DNA of 56,772 nt from a virus (taxonomy: Duplodnaviria; Caudoviricetes). The DNA is taken from positions 1-56,772 of IMG/VR virus record IMGVR_UViG_3300037511_000152, one strand, 5' to 3'. The notes beneath the pieces are model-generated. The model had not been told where the DNA came from and searched no databases. It worked only from the letters and a program-made list of their open reading frames with translations. Within the stretch, counting starts at the first letter, position 1. Each line of letters starts with the position of its first letter. The position numbers and the translations under genes are program-made. This document shows positions 8,333 through 17,064 of this stretch, one piece after another.

Positions 8333-8563
8333 GTGGATGCCCCGCAAATCGATTGGAATGACACAGGCAAGCTGCTGATCCTGCTGCTTGTCCTCGGCGT
8401 CCTGTTCACGGCCACGATCGTGATTGCGATTAACGTCACTTCTCGCAAGGAGACCACGACTGACGACAAACGCTGTACGTATCTTGCGCGTCTGCTGTCC
8501 AGTGAACTCAATCGCCCTGACGCGGTGGACTTGATCCGCTCGCGTTGCCTTCAATCGAAGTAA
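8333..8563 (+). CDS. single-TM membrane protein
   Basis: AGGAG RBS; hydrophobic LLILLLVLGVLFTATIVIAI. Confidence 0.7.
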   Translation: MDAPQIDWNDTGKLLILLLVLGVLFTATIVIAINVTSRKETTTDDKRCTYLARLLSSELNRPDAVDLIRSRCLQSK

Positions 8564-8578
8564 CTTCCAACTCGAACC

Positions 8579-8836
8579 ATGGAACCCTGTCCGATCGTTC
8601 TCGACCTTGACGGTGAAGTCGCCGACCTTGACCTCAACGCCCCTGCCCCCTCCCTGAACGTCGCAACCGCCATGCTGATCGCGGTAGCCAACGCGGTCGC
8701 TCACTGCGGAAAGACTGAACTGACCATGGTGCACCACGACTACTCACCACTGGCCGGTAAGCGCGTCAGCATCTCCATGAGCGAAGCCGACGGCACCATA
8801 ACCATCTCGATCTCGCCTAACGGCGGTGCACACTGA
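8579..8836 (+). CDS. hypothetical protein
   Basis: 85-aa ORF coupled to the next gene. Confidence 0.65.
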   Translation: MEPCPIVLDLDGEVADLDLNAPAPSLNVATAMLIAVANAVAHCGKTELTMVHHDYSPLAGKRVSISMSEADGTITISISPNGGAH

Positions 8837-9075
8837 TGAAGAGCCCTCAGATCGCACATCTGCCAGCCGAAGAGCAGGCCCTGTTTTCCGAACTCAAAGT
8901 CTTGAAGTCGGCTGCCGGGTTCTTCGTCGGTTCGTCTTACAACAATCCGGCAGGCTTCCAGGAGCCGGGCTCCCGGGACACTGAGTATTTCCAAACTCGT
9001 GAGCAGGCCGAACGCCGACTCACACTTATCAACACGGTCAAGAATCCGCAGGAGTATCTGCGCGACCACGGCTAA
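8836..9075 (+). CDS. hypothetical phage protein
   Basis: VLKSAAGFFVG...EPGSRDTEYF.TRE.AE motif; TGATG coupling. Confidence 0.75.
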   Translation: MKSPQIAHLPAEEQALFSELKVLKSAAGFFVGSSYNNPAGFQEPGSRDTEYFQTREQAERRLTLINTVKNPQEYLRDHG

Positions 9076-9085
9076 CGGAGCAGCC

Positions 9086-9850
9086 ATGACGGACAAACCG
9101 ACGGTCCTCAATGAGATCACGAATCGGCTGTTGAAAGACTACCCCACCATCAACGCGGAAGTTCACCTTCGCTGCGCTGAACTAATCCACATGTGGCGGA
9201 CATCCGGAGGCGATCTCAATTTCGGCCAAGTACACGGGCTGCACGCGGCGCTGCGGGTTATCGACAATCTGAACTCGCGGCCGATTACCGAGTGCGCGGA
9301 CGACCGGCGAAAGGTCGATGTCGAATGCAAGATCGACCTGGAAAAGTTCGCCAACGAAAATCGTGCGATGAACTTCGGCCAAGCCCCGAAACCGCTGTTC
9401 GTTGACGAGGCCACTCCAGAGATCGAAAAGGTGACTCGCGAGATGTTCGAGGCCGCGCATAGCGGCGTTGACCTGCCGCGTCCCGAGAACGATCAGGCCG
9501 TCGCTATCCGGAAGAAGGACTACAGTCTGCGGCTCTACCAGACGAACCTCCCCTGGTCGATCCGCTACTCCACGGACTTCCGGTCCTCGCCGATGGCTCA
9601 CAAGGACTTCGCTCACGCACTGCACCACGTGTCCAAGGCAGCCGGCAAGCTCCACGGCTTGGTCGACGATATGGACCATGACCGCGCAGTCGCCGACGAT
9701 CCGACGCTGCGCGAGACCTACGGCAAGTATGTCGCTGATCTCGTGGTGTGCGCGCTTCGGATGGCGAATACCTTCCCTGGCGGCGTGCTCGATCTTCAGT
9801 ACGCCGTGCACTACCGCATCGAAGATAAGAACGGAGTCAAACTGCCATGA
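9086..9850 (+). CDS. hypothetical protein with C-terminal MazG-like helical domain
   Basis: GGAG RBS; YVADLVVCALRMAN...DLQYAV resembles the MazG ExADxx...LA...DL..A pattern, but is degenerate. Confidence 0.6.
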   Translation: MTDKPTVLNEITNRLLKDYPTINAEVHLRCAELIHMWRTSGGDLNFGQVHGLHAALRVIDNLNSRPITECADDRRKVDVECKIDLEKFANENRAMNFGQAPKPLFVDEATPEIEKVTREMFEAAHSGVDLPRPENDQAVAIRKKDYSLRLYQTNLPWSIRYSTDFRSSPMAHKDFAHALHHVSKAAGKLHGLVDDMDHDRAVADDPTLRETYGKYVADLVVCALRMANTFPGGVLDLQYAVHYRIEDKNGVKLP

Positions 9851-10176
9851 CCAAACCGAACAAACCGACATCGAGGGCGGTTCCGGGCGATTGGTTTCAG
9901 TCTGCGCCTAAGACTCTCCAAGGGCCGCAACAGGCTGATATTGGCAGCCTTCCCCGCGCCAGCGCCTTCCGTGCATCCGTCGAACGCATGGTGACCATGC
10001 TGGAGGAAGGCGAGTGGGCGGAACACGTGGCGGCGACCACGGGTAAAGGCGATCCGCTTGCGCAGCGCCTTGAGGACACCATCACCAATCTCATCAACGA
10101 AGCCGGCGGCAACGCAGGAGGGGAGCATGGACAGCAAGATCATCAAGTCGACTGTCACAGTGAAGATTCTGACTGA
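9847..10176 (+). CDS. hypothetical protein
   Basis: ATGA-coupled ORF. Confidence 0.6.
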   Translation: MTKPNKPTSRAVPGDWFQSAPKTLQGPQQADIGSLPRASAFRASVERMVTMLEEGEWAEHVAATTGKGDPLAQRLEDTITNLINEAGGNAGGEHGQQDHQVDCHSEDSD

Positions 10177-10372
10177 CAGCCATTACGAGTCGAACGCTGG
10201 GTCGCAAAATCAACAAGGCGTCGTTGCATTGGAATGGGGCCTGCGGGAGATCGTGCGGCTTCTGTATCTGCACCACGGCGGAGATTTGCCCGTCAGCACT
10301 ATCGTGCAGGAGGAACTGGCGTCGATCAGGCGGGCCATTAGCCAGGAACTCGGAAGGAAGCGCAGCGCATGA
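10127..10372 (+). CDS. hypothetical protein
   Basis: GGAGGGAG RBS before ATG 10127. Confidence 0.6.
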   Translation: MDSKIIKSTVTVKILTDSHYESNAGSQNQQGVVALEWGLREIVRLLYLHHGGDLPVSTIVQEELASIRRAISQELGRKRSA

Positions 10373-10704
10373 CCGACAAAGCGACAGGAGTTATGCGGCG
10401 GCAGCAGCGCTGGGATTACCTGTTGCAACGCGCGGTCCGTTATTCGACGCTGGATGTCGTCAACGCCTATCTTGTCGAAGATTACGTAGAAGAGACGGGC
10501 GCTAAATCCAAGGTGATGTGGTACGGCGCAGATAAGTGCCCGCTACTCGGCCGTGACCTTTCGGCAATGGAGCGCGAAGGGCTCCTCAGCCGATATAGAA
10601 CCGGGCTGTCGGATATGCATAGTATGGGCTTCCCTTCGTGGGTCTGGGTCTATTCTCTGACGGACAAAGGACGTGCGCGACTGGAAGAACTGAAGGTTTC
10701 TTAA
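10369..10704 (+). CDS. winged-helix-like protein
   Basis: LGRDLSAMEREGLL...VYSLTDKGRARL pattern. Confidence 0.7.
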   Translation: MTDKATGVMRRQQRWDYLLQRAVRYSTLDVVNAYLVEDYVEETGAKSKVMWYGADKCPLLGRDLSAMEREGLLSRYRTGLSDMHSMGFPSWVWVYSLTDKGRARLEELKVS

Positions 10705-10717
10705 TCAGGAGGGGTCG

Positions 10718-11068
10718 ATGGGCAACACGAGTTACGGAATCTTCGGGCCGAATAAAGACAAGCCGCACATCCGCAAGGTGCGTGGCTTCTGGAGAGTCAG
10801 CCCGATACCGCAGACGCGCTCCGTGGTCAAGCGCTCGCGATGGGCCTCGGCCAGTGGTTTTGCGGCCTGGAAGAACGTCCATGATAGCTGCGTGAGCATA
10901 TGGCTCGACAGCCATGACCGGAAACGCCCGTCTGCCTGCTCCGCGCCCGCCGTATGCCACGCCGGACGCGACGGCGAGTGCAATCACGAAGGCTGCCCTC
11001 AACTCCGCGATTGCGAGCCCGCACGTAGCGGCCGTAGTTGCCCCCTGGCCGAATTCGACTATGACTGA
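10718..11068 (+). CDS. Cys-rich hypothetical protein
   Basis: GGAGG RBS; CHAGRDGECNHEGCPQ...SCPL. Confidence 0.65.
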   Translation: MGNTSYGIFGPNKDKPHIRKVRGFWRVSPIPQTRSVVKRSRWASASGFAAWKNVHDSCVSIWLDSHDRKRPSACSAPAVCHAGRDGECNHEGCPQLRDCEPARSGRSCPLAEFDYD

Positions 11069-11294
11069 CATTCCGATCACAGGACTGGACATCGCGCTGA
11101 CGATTGGCGCGATCCTCCTCATCTACGTACTTGCGTGGGCCGACAGTCGAATCGACCAACCGAAGGTCGACATCACACAAGTCGATGAGCATGAACTGCT
11201 CGTTAAAGCCGAGTTCGAGGACGACGGAACGCCTGAGAACCCGGAAGCCGAAGAACTCATCAGAAGGTGGAAGGAACGCAAATGTCAAAGGTGA
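11061..11294 (+). CDS. small membrane protein
   Basis: MTDIPITG...; single TM helix with acidic tail. Confidence 0.6.
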   Translation: MTDIPITGLDIALTIGAILLIYVLAWADSRIDQPKVDITQVDEHELLVKAEFEDDGTPENPEAEELIRRWKERKCQR

Positions 11295-11947
11295 CAGTGA
11301 AAAAGAAGAACGACATCTTCGACCTGAGCGCGGAGATGATCCGGCTCGCCTTACTTTGGAAGAGCGACCACCAGATGGGCGCGTCGGCTGAGCAGTTGGT
11401 GTTTATTCACGCCGAACCACATCCGGACGGCGCGCTGATCCTGGGCTGCGACGGGGGCGCGATGTTTATCGGGCTTGACCGAAAAGGCAAGTGCCCGCAT
11501 GCCGTGAACATTGCACTGTGCCCGGACGGGATTCGCGAGTTGAAGGGCGACACGATTCACGCTCGGCGAGTCAGCGGGCCGAAGGACTGCTACGAGGTCA
11601 CGGACGAAGGCGAGACGATCTTCGTTTCGAACGACACGTGGCTGCTCCCCGACCACTGGCCGGACTGGCGCCGGATCGTTCCGGGTGAAGAGGCCTTCAA
11701 CAAAGCGCAGGCCTACACGCCGCGAGTTCTGAACTCCTCCTACCTCGGGCGCATCGCAGAGATGTACCGGGGCGACGAGTGGTCGGCCGAGCGGTGTGTC
11801 CACTTCGCGACCAAGGGGCTAGGCCACAACGTGTTCGTGTTCTTTCCGTGGAATCCGGACATGCTGCTTATGTTGGCCCCCATGAAAGGGGAAACCCCGC
11901 AACTCACGTGGCCGAAATGGCTTGAAGACCCGGCCGGCGATCTCTAG
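11282..11947 (+). CDS. DNA polymerase III beta (sliding clamp)-like protein
   Basis: ILGCDGGAMFI and WPDWRRIVP resemble the clamp motifs ATDGHRL and FPDyrrvIP. Confidence 0.65.
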   Translation: MSKVTVKKKNDIFDLSAEMIRLALLWKSDHQMGASAEQLVFIHAEPHPDGALILGCDGGAMFIGLDRKGKCPHAVNIALCPDGIRELKGDTIHARRVSGPKDCYEVTDEGETIFVSNDTWLLPDHWPDWRRIVPGEEAFNKAQAYTPRVLNSSYLGRIAEMYRGDEWSAERCVHFATKGLGHNVFVFFPWNPDMLLMLAPMKGETPQLTWPKWLEDPAGDL

Positions 11948-11956
11948 GAGGATGCC

Positions 11957-12124
11957 ATGTTTGTCGTTACGCTTCGACATAGGAACAACGAAGACAACCT
12001 GATGGACATTGCTATTGAGGCTCCTCAGTCGACTTCGCAGGATTCAGTCAAACGGCAAGCGCTCAATACGCGCTTCATGCCGGAACTCTGGACCGTGGTG
12101 TCAGTGACGTGGGAGGACGTGTGA
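11957..12124 (+). CDS. small hypothetical protein (55 aa)
   Basis: Translated by hand; GGAGG RBS; GTGA coupling to the next gene. Confidence 0.6.
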   Translation: MFVVTLRHRNNEDNLMDIAIEAPQSTSQDSVKRQALNTRFMPELWTVVSVTWEDV

Positions 12125-12357
12125 AATCCATCGAAGTGACGATGCCGATGGATAAATGGGACGCTGTGGGAAGCGAGACGGCCTGCGGCATCAGGCTTCT
12201 CGAACTTCTGCGGCAGGCCGGCATACCGGCAGTCGGCCGAATCATGCTTCAGGGTGTGGAACATGGAACCTTGGAGATCACCAAAGAGCAGTGTTTCAAC
12301 GAGATGATTTACACCTGGACCCCTGATCCTGACTACGATCCGGCCAGCGGTCTTTAA
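12121..12357 (+). CDS. hypothetical protein
   Basis: GTG start with GGAGG RBS. Confidence 0.6.
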   Translation: MKSIEVTMPMDKWDAVGSETACGIRLLELLRQAGIPAVGRIMLQGVEHGTLEITKEQCFNEMIYTWTPDPDYDPASGL

Positions 12358-12382
12358 CCCGAAGTAACTTCAAGGAGTCAAC

Positions 12383-13108
12383 ATGGAAGCCCAAACCACC
12401 ACCGATGCACCGACCTATATGGAACATGTTTTACAGGTCGAGCAGCTTTTCATGCAGCACCAATACTGGCCTGACGGCGCCAGAGAGGCCGGTAAGTACG
12501 TTGCTGCTGTCCCCGCCGATCAGATTAGCGAAGAGAATCGGGGCAAACTCATCTCGTTCATCGCCCAGTACTCGGTTCAGAAACACAACGCGACCACTTA
12601 CGATTTCTTCGAAGATGTCGAGAAGTTCAATCTTGCGGCGGGCCGTACCAACCATCGGTTCGAACCGAAGGCCATCGGGCTGCACGTCGCCCTGCAACTC
12701 GAAGAACTCCGCGAAAAGCTGGTTGCCATCTGTAAGATGTCGCCGGTATTGAACGATGACACGCACCAACTGCTCACGACCATCAACGCGATGCGTCATC
12801 TCCGCCATCTGTTCAAGGAAGGCGTGTTCACGCAAATGATCGCGGACGCCGACCCGATCGAACTCCTGGACGGCGACATCGATCTCTGCGTGGTGTCTGT
12901 CGGCTCCATGATGAGCCAAGGCGCCAACTACCAACGGGCGCTGCGCAAGGTCACGGACGCCAATCTCGCCAAGCTGGTGAACGGCATTGCTATCAAGGAC
13001 AAGGACGGCAAGATTCAGAAGCCGGACGGCTGGGCGCCGGCTGACCTGAGCGACTGCCTGCATGACGACTTCCGCGAAGACCTGGAGAGCAAATCTCTTC
13101 ACGGTTGA
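12383..13108 (+). CDS. MazG/PRA-PH-like nucleoside triphosphate pyrophosphohydrolase
   Basis: LEELRE...ELLDGDIDLCVV...VTDANLAK...KDKDGKIQKPDGW matches this family's signature. Confidence 0.8.
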   Translation: MEAQTTTDAPTYMEHVLQVEQLFMQHQYWPDGAREAGKYVAAVPADQISEENRGKLISFIAQYSVQKHNATTYDFFEDVEKFNLAAGRTNHRFEPKAIGLHVALQLEELREKLVAICKMSPVLNDDTHQLLTTINAMRHLRHLFKEGVFTQMIADADPIELLDGDIDLCVVSVGSMMSQGANYQRALRKVTDANLAKLVNGIAIKDKDGKIQKPDGWAPADLSDCLHDDFREDLESKSLHG

Positions 13109-13109
13109 C

Positions 13110-13137
13110 TTGACAGCGTTCAACAGTTGTATAAACT
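13110..13137 (+). promoter_or_regulatory. sigma70-like promoter with operator variant
   Basis: TTGACA-N16-TAAACT; GCGTTCAACAGT in the spacer. Confidence 0.65.
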
Positions 13138-13197
13138 CACCTCTGTGAATCGGAGGTGAGTCCTCCTGTTCTTCCGAATAACAACCAGGGGTTGGAG

Positions 13198-14082
13198 ATG
13201 TATCAGAGCTACAAGGAAATCAATTTCCGAAAGGCGTCCCTCGCCATGATCGACTTCATGAACTCGATCATTCGGCAGTACACCGCCCAAGGGTTCCGTT
13301 TGACGGTCCGGCAGCTTTACTACCAACTCGTGGCCCGCGCGGTGATCGAGAACACGGAGCGCAGCTACAAGAACATCACGTCTTTGGTGAACGACGCCCG
13401 ACTGGCCGGGCTGATGTCCTGGAACGCTATCGAGGACCGGACGCGTGACTTCATTCGCCGACCGAACTGGGATAGCGGGCAGAGCATTCTGAACGTCTGC
13501 GCGAACCAGTTCCACATGGATATGTGGGAAAACCAGCGGACACGGGTGTGGGTCGTCGTGGAAAAGGAAGCCCTGGCCGGCGTGTTGGAAGGCGTGTGCC
13601 ACGAACTGGACGTTCCTCTACTCGCGGCACGAGGATATCCGAGCGGAACAGTGCTGCGGGAATTCGCTGTCGAGCAGATCATGCCTTCACTAGACGCGCA
13701 ACAGGACGCGCTGATTCTCCACCTGGGCGACCATGACCCCTCCGGCCTTGATATGACGCGCGATCTGGAAGAGCGCATTCAGATGTTCTCGGAGACCGAG
13801 TGCATCACGCTGCGCCGGATTGCTTTGAACCGGGACCAGATCGACGCTTATAGGCCCCCGCCCAATCCGGCCAAGACTACTGACGCGCGTTTCGCGGACT
13901 ACCGTCGCCGGCACGGCAGCGAGTCGTGGGAACTGGACGCTCTGAACCCCACGGTACTCGCCGACTTGGTTCGCGCTAACGTCCAGGTAGAGATCGACGA
14001 AGACGAGTGGGCGAGGCGTGTCGACGAAATCCAGGACGTGAAAGACCGTCTCATCAAGATCGCTGAAGAATTTGACGTTTAA
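13198..14082 (+). CDS. Topo VI subunit A/Spo11-like Toprim protein
   Basis: TVRQLYY (catalytic-Tyr winged-helix motif), VVVEK, RGYPS and DHDPSG (DxD) Toprim motifs. Confidence 0.8.
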   Translation: MYQSYKEINFRKASLAMIDFMNSIIRQYTAQGFRLTVRQLYYQLVARAVIENTERSYKNITSLVNDARLAGLMSWNAIEDRTRDFIRRPNWDSGQSILNVCANQFHMDMWENQRTRVWVVVEKEALAGVLEGVCHELDVPLLAARGYPSGTVLREFAVEQIMPSLDAQQDALILHLGDHDPSGLDMTRDLEERIQMFSETECITLRRIALNRDQIDAYRPPPNPAKTTDARFADYRRRHGSESWELDALNPTVLADLVRANVQVEIDEDEWARRVDEIQDVKDRLIKIAEEFDV

Positions 14083-14094
14083 CCGGAGAACACC

Positions 14095-14688
14095 ATGAGC
14101 CACCGTCGCGCTAAGGCCATTCGGGCCGCCATGCACGCAGAAGGTAAGAACATCAATGCGGAGCCTGTCCAGGATGGGGCGCCGCGTTGGCACCTATATT
14201 TTGGGGCGGTTCAACGGGTTGCTTCGGGTGACAAGGCGGCGTACAAGCAGGCCAAGCGCGCCGGCCGCGCGATGTCAATCGATCAGAAGGAATTGAAGCG
14301 CGCGCAGGTCGAGAAAGAAGCCAAGACCGCCGAGATCATGAGCACGCTGCCCGACTTTGATCTTGACGAGAACGTCCCGAGCCTGATGAAAGAGCGGGCC
14401 TACAACATGCTGAATGGCGGCGAAGTCTTCATCGAAGGCATGGAGGTAGGCGAAGCGACCATTGTGTCTATCGGCAATTTCGCAGAGGGCGCACGGGCCG
14501 CCGCTGAAACTATCGTGCGGTTCAGCAAAGCATTCCGGCAGGCTTTCATGTTCGGCGATCAGCGGGACCGTGAACGCGACATGGGCGATGCCGTCGTCGT
14601 TGACGAGGAAACCCGCTTTACGGGCAAGCATCCGCTCCTCGCTGCACCTTACGGGGAAAACCCTGATAAGGAAAACCAGAAGGACTAG
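14095..14688 (+). CDS. hypothetical protein
   Basis: 197 aa, GGAG RBS. Confidence 0.75.
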   Translation: MSHRRAKAIRAAMHAEGKNINAEPVQDGAPRWHLYFGAVQRVASGDKAAYKQAKRAGRAMSIDQKELKRAQVEKEAKTAEIMSTLPDFDLDENVPSLMKERAYNMLNGGEVFIEGMEVGEATIVSIGNFAEGARAAAETIVRFSKAFRQAFMFGDQRDRERDMGDAVVVDEETRFTGKHPLLAAPYGENPDKENQKD

Positions 14689-14711
14689 TCCTTCATGATG
14701 ATATATTTTTC

Positions 14712-14739
14712 TTGACAGTGTTTAACAGTAGTATACTGT
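14712..14739 (+). promoter_or_regulatory. sigma70-like promoter with operator
   Basis: AT-rich upstream sequence, TTGACA, AGTGTTTAACAGT, TATACT/TACTGT. Confidence 0.65.
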
Positions 14740-14765
14740 AGAAGCACTGCAACAACGGAGGTGTC

Positions 14766-14960
14766 ATGAATACGAATCTTTTGGCAGTACCGCAGTTCGC
14801 GGTGGAACAGGCCATCGAGGTTATGAAAGCCGCAGAGCAGATCGGCGGCAGCAAACAAGATGCCCGCTCCAATGCGAGAGTTTGTCTCGAAATGGCCTTG
14901 AGAGAAGGCACTCCCGAGATGTCCGAAAAGATTTACGGCGCGATCCACCCCGATACGTAA
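14766..14960 (+). CDS. small hypothetical protein
   Basis: GGAGG RBS, own promoter. Confidence 0.7.
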   Translation: MNTNLLAVPQFAVEQAIEVMKAAEQIGGSKQDARSNARVCLEMALREGTPEMSEKIYGAIHPDT

Positions 14961-15085
14961 CGCCTGCCGTACCGCAATAAAGATCAAATCGTCAACCCAA
15001 AAGGCACCCGCCGAGGGGGTTTATGCAAGAAGAGCGACTAGCCTTTCGTCGCTGTGCAGTTAAGGGGTGGTTTTAGGACGAGCCG

Positions 15086-15127
15086 GAAGTAACTTCGGCT
15101 TGACAGTGTTGAACCGTTCTTTATACT
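15086..15127 (+). promoter_or_regulatory. promoter of the ParB-like gene with GAAGTAACTTC site and operator
   Basis: Palindrome at 15086-15096 lies 3 nt before TTGACA-N16-TATACT; AGTGTTGAACCGT in the spacer. Confidence 0.75.
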
Positions 15128-15172
15128 GGAGTCTCGCAACTTTTATCAGCGACCGCTCCTCTGGAGATCATA

Positions 15173-16423
15173 ATGGCAAAAGCTCAACTCCCCGGCCTGT
15201 TTGAAGAAGAAATCAAACGAGGCAACATCACCAAAGCAATCAAGGATGCACATGCTGCGTCCGCTGAAGCTCGCTCGGCCATGGTGCCGTTCGATCAGAT
15301 TCACATCATCGACGGTCTGAACCCTCGTGTGTGGAACACGCCGGCAGTGAAGGCGCACATCGAGAATATCGGCAAGTCGATCCTCGCCAACGGTTTCTAC
15401 GACGACAAGCCCCTGGCCGTATTCGTCCGTAAGATCGATGGCGTCGACAAGATTTGCCTGCGTGACGGCCACCACCGTTACTTCGGCGCGGAATACGCCA
15501 ACAAGAAGGAGCCCGGCAAGGTCAAGGAAGTCCCTGTCGTCTTCGACGCGCAAGAGATGTCCGATGTGGACATGACCGTCTCTTTCGCTACCGGCAACAT
15601 GGGCCGCCCACTCACGCCATACGAAATGGGCGTCGTGGTGCAGCGGCTGGCGACCGAGAGCCCGACCAACCCGCACCCACTGTCGAAGAAGGAAATCGCG
15701 ACCCGACTGGCCGTGACCGAGCGCTATATCGACGACCTGGGCGTGTTGATGACGGCCTCGCCGGATGTCATCGACCTCGTGGTCACTGACCGCGTGGCGG
15801 CCACCCTGGCTATCCAGATGGTGAAGATGCACGGGGACAAGGCCGGAAAGCATCTGCTGAAGGCTGCCGAAAAGCTGGCGGCCATTGGCAAACCGGCCGG
15901 CAAGATCACGTCCAAGCATATCGAGCCGGAGGCTCGGCCGAAGAACAAGAAGTCCGCCACTGACGGCGCGAAGGGGAAGAAAGCCAACAAGACTGATCAG
16001 CAAGCCGAGGGGAAGACCTTCCAGCGCAATTTGTATTTCGATGGCGCATTGGACAGTCTTCGAGCGCTGGAAGCTCTGCGCGCCGGTCTGAGTGAGCAGG
16101 AAGCTGTGACGGTCGATGAGTCGATGAAAGCGATTCTGTCGAAGTTCGGCGACACGAAGCTGGCGAACTACGCGGTGCGCGAGGAAATCTCGGACTACGA
16201 GGAAACCGGCCTCGTCCGTCTCGGCCTCGTGGAGGTGCAGGCCGATGACCCGCCGCCCGCCAAGACCGAAGAACCCGTGAAGAAGGCGAACGGGGAGAAA
16301 CGGCAACGCAGCAGCAAGAAGGCGAAGCAAGAAGAACCGGTCAGCGACCCGCAACCCGTAACTTCTGGGGCCACGGCGGAGAAGACTCCGGAAGAGTTGG
16401 AAGCTGCTGCCGCCGATCTGTAG
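15173..16423 (+). CDS. ParB/Spo0J-like protein (CTPase-type N-domain, HTH, long charged C-terminal region)
   Basis: GLNPR, DGHHRYFGA (GxxRxxA box), N.GRPLTPYE, HTH KKEIATRLAVTERYI. Confidence 0.85.
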   Translation: MAKAQLPGLFEEEIKRGNITKAIKDAHAASAEARSAMVPFDQIHIIDGLNPRVWNTPAVKAHIENIGKSILANGFYDDKPLAVFVRKIDGVDKICLRDGHHRYFGAEYANKKEPGKVKEVPVVFDAQEMSDVDMTVSFATGNMGRPLTPYEMGVVVQRLATESPTNPHPLSKKEIATRLAVTERYIDDLGVLMTASPDVIDLVVTDRVAATLAIQMVKMHGDKAGKHLLKAAEKLAAIGKPAGKITSKHIEPEARPKNKKSATDGAKGKKANKTDQQAEGKTFQRNLYFDGALDSLRALEALRAGLSEQEAVTVDESMKAILSKFGDTKLANYAVREEISDYEETGLVRLGLVEVQADDPPPAKTEEPVKKANGEKRQRSSKKAKQEEPVSDPQPVTSGATAEKTPEELEAAAADL

Positions 16424-16448
16424 TTCCCCGACTTCCAGATCGGCACAA

Positions 16449-16481
16449 AGGGTGCTAGGAAAACCCTAGCACCCTCTTTTT
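16449..16481 (+). terminator. Rho-independent terminator after the ParB-like gene
   Basis: AGGGTGCTAGG/CCTAGCACCCT 11-bp stem plus CTTTTT. Confidence 0.8.
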
Positions 16482-16877
16482 ATGCCCATGAAACTCATCA
16501 TCGCAGGCAGCCGCTCAATCACCTCCATGGCAACCGTGGAGGCAGCCATCTTATGGTCTGGCTGGCGCGACCAAATTACAAAGATCGTTTCGGGCATGGC
16601 TGTCGCTGTCGATCCCGTGACTAGACAGCCCATCAAAACGGTGGATGTACTGGCCTACGACTGGGCGATCTCGCAAGGAATACCCGCCGAAAAGTTCTAC
16701 GCCAAATGGAGGTTGTACGGCTACGACGCAGGCTTCATGCGCAACGCAGAAATGGCCGCCTACGCGGATGCTCTCCTTGCCGTATGGGACGGCAGGAGCG
16801 GCGGCACCAAAGACATGATCTTCCGAGCCCGCGAACGCGGACTGCCTGTCAAGGTCTACTCCGAGGCGGGGCTGTAG
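16482..16877 (+). CDS. SLOG (YspA/DUF2493-like) family protein
   Basis: KLIIAGSRS...GMA...AGFMRNAEMA..ADALLAVWDGRSGGT. Confidence 0.85.
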   Translation: MPMKLIIAGSRSITSMATVEAAILWSGWRDQITKIVSGMAVAVDPVTRQPIKTVDVLAYDWAISQGIPAEKFYAKWRLYGYDAGFMRNAEMAAYADALLAVWDGRSGGTKDMIFRARERGLPVKVYSEAGL

Positions 16878-17064
16878 TTACGCCCTTCGCTCTAGGTAAT
16901 TACGCTAACTTGCACCACGGCTGAATTAGCCTAAGCTACCTACACACCGAAGTTACTTCGCCGCACAGACGACGAATGGGGTGGGGAAAATTTCGCGACG
17001 CTGCGTTCTGCCGCGCGCAAATCACGAGTACACCGAACAGACCGGATCAAGGAGATCAACGGCC

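Noticed and set aside
15023-15076. 17-codon ORF (MQEERLAFRRCAVKGWF) upstream of the ParB promoter
   Set aside because: Has a G-rich RBS but is too short to support from sequence alone
15146-16354. 402-aa antisense ORF
   Set aside because: Antisense shadow of the ParB-like gene
15173-16423. N15-like linear plasmid-prophage partition system
   Set aside because: No ParA/SopA ATPase or protelomerase recognised in the genome
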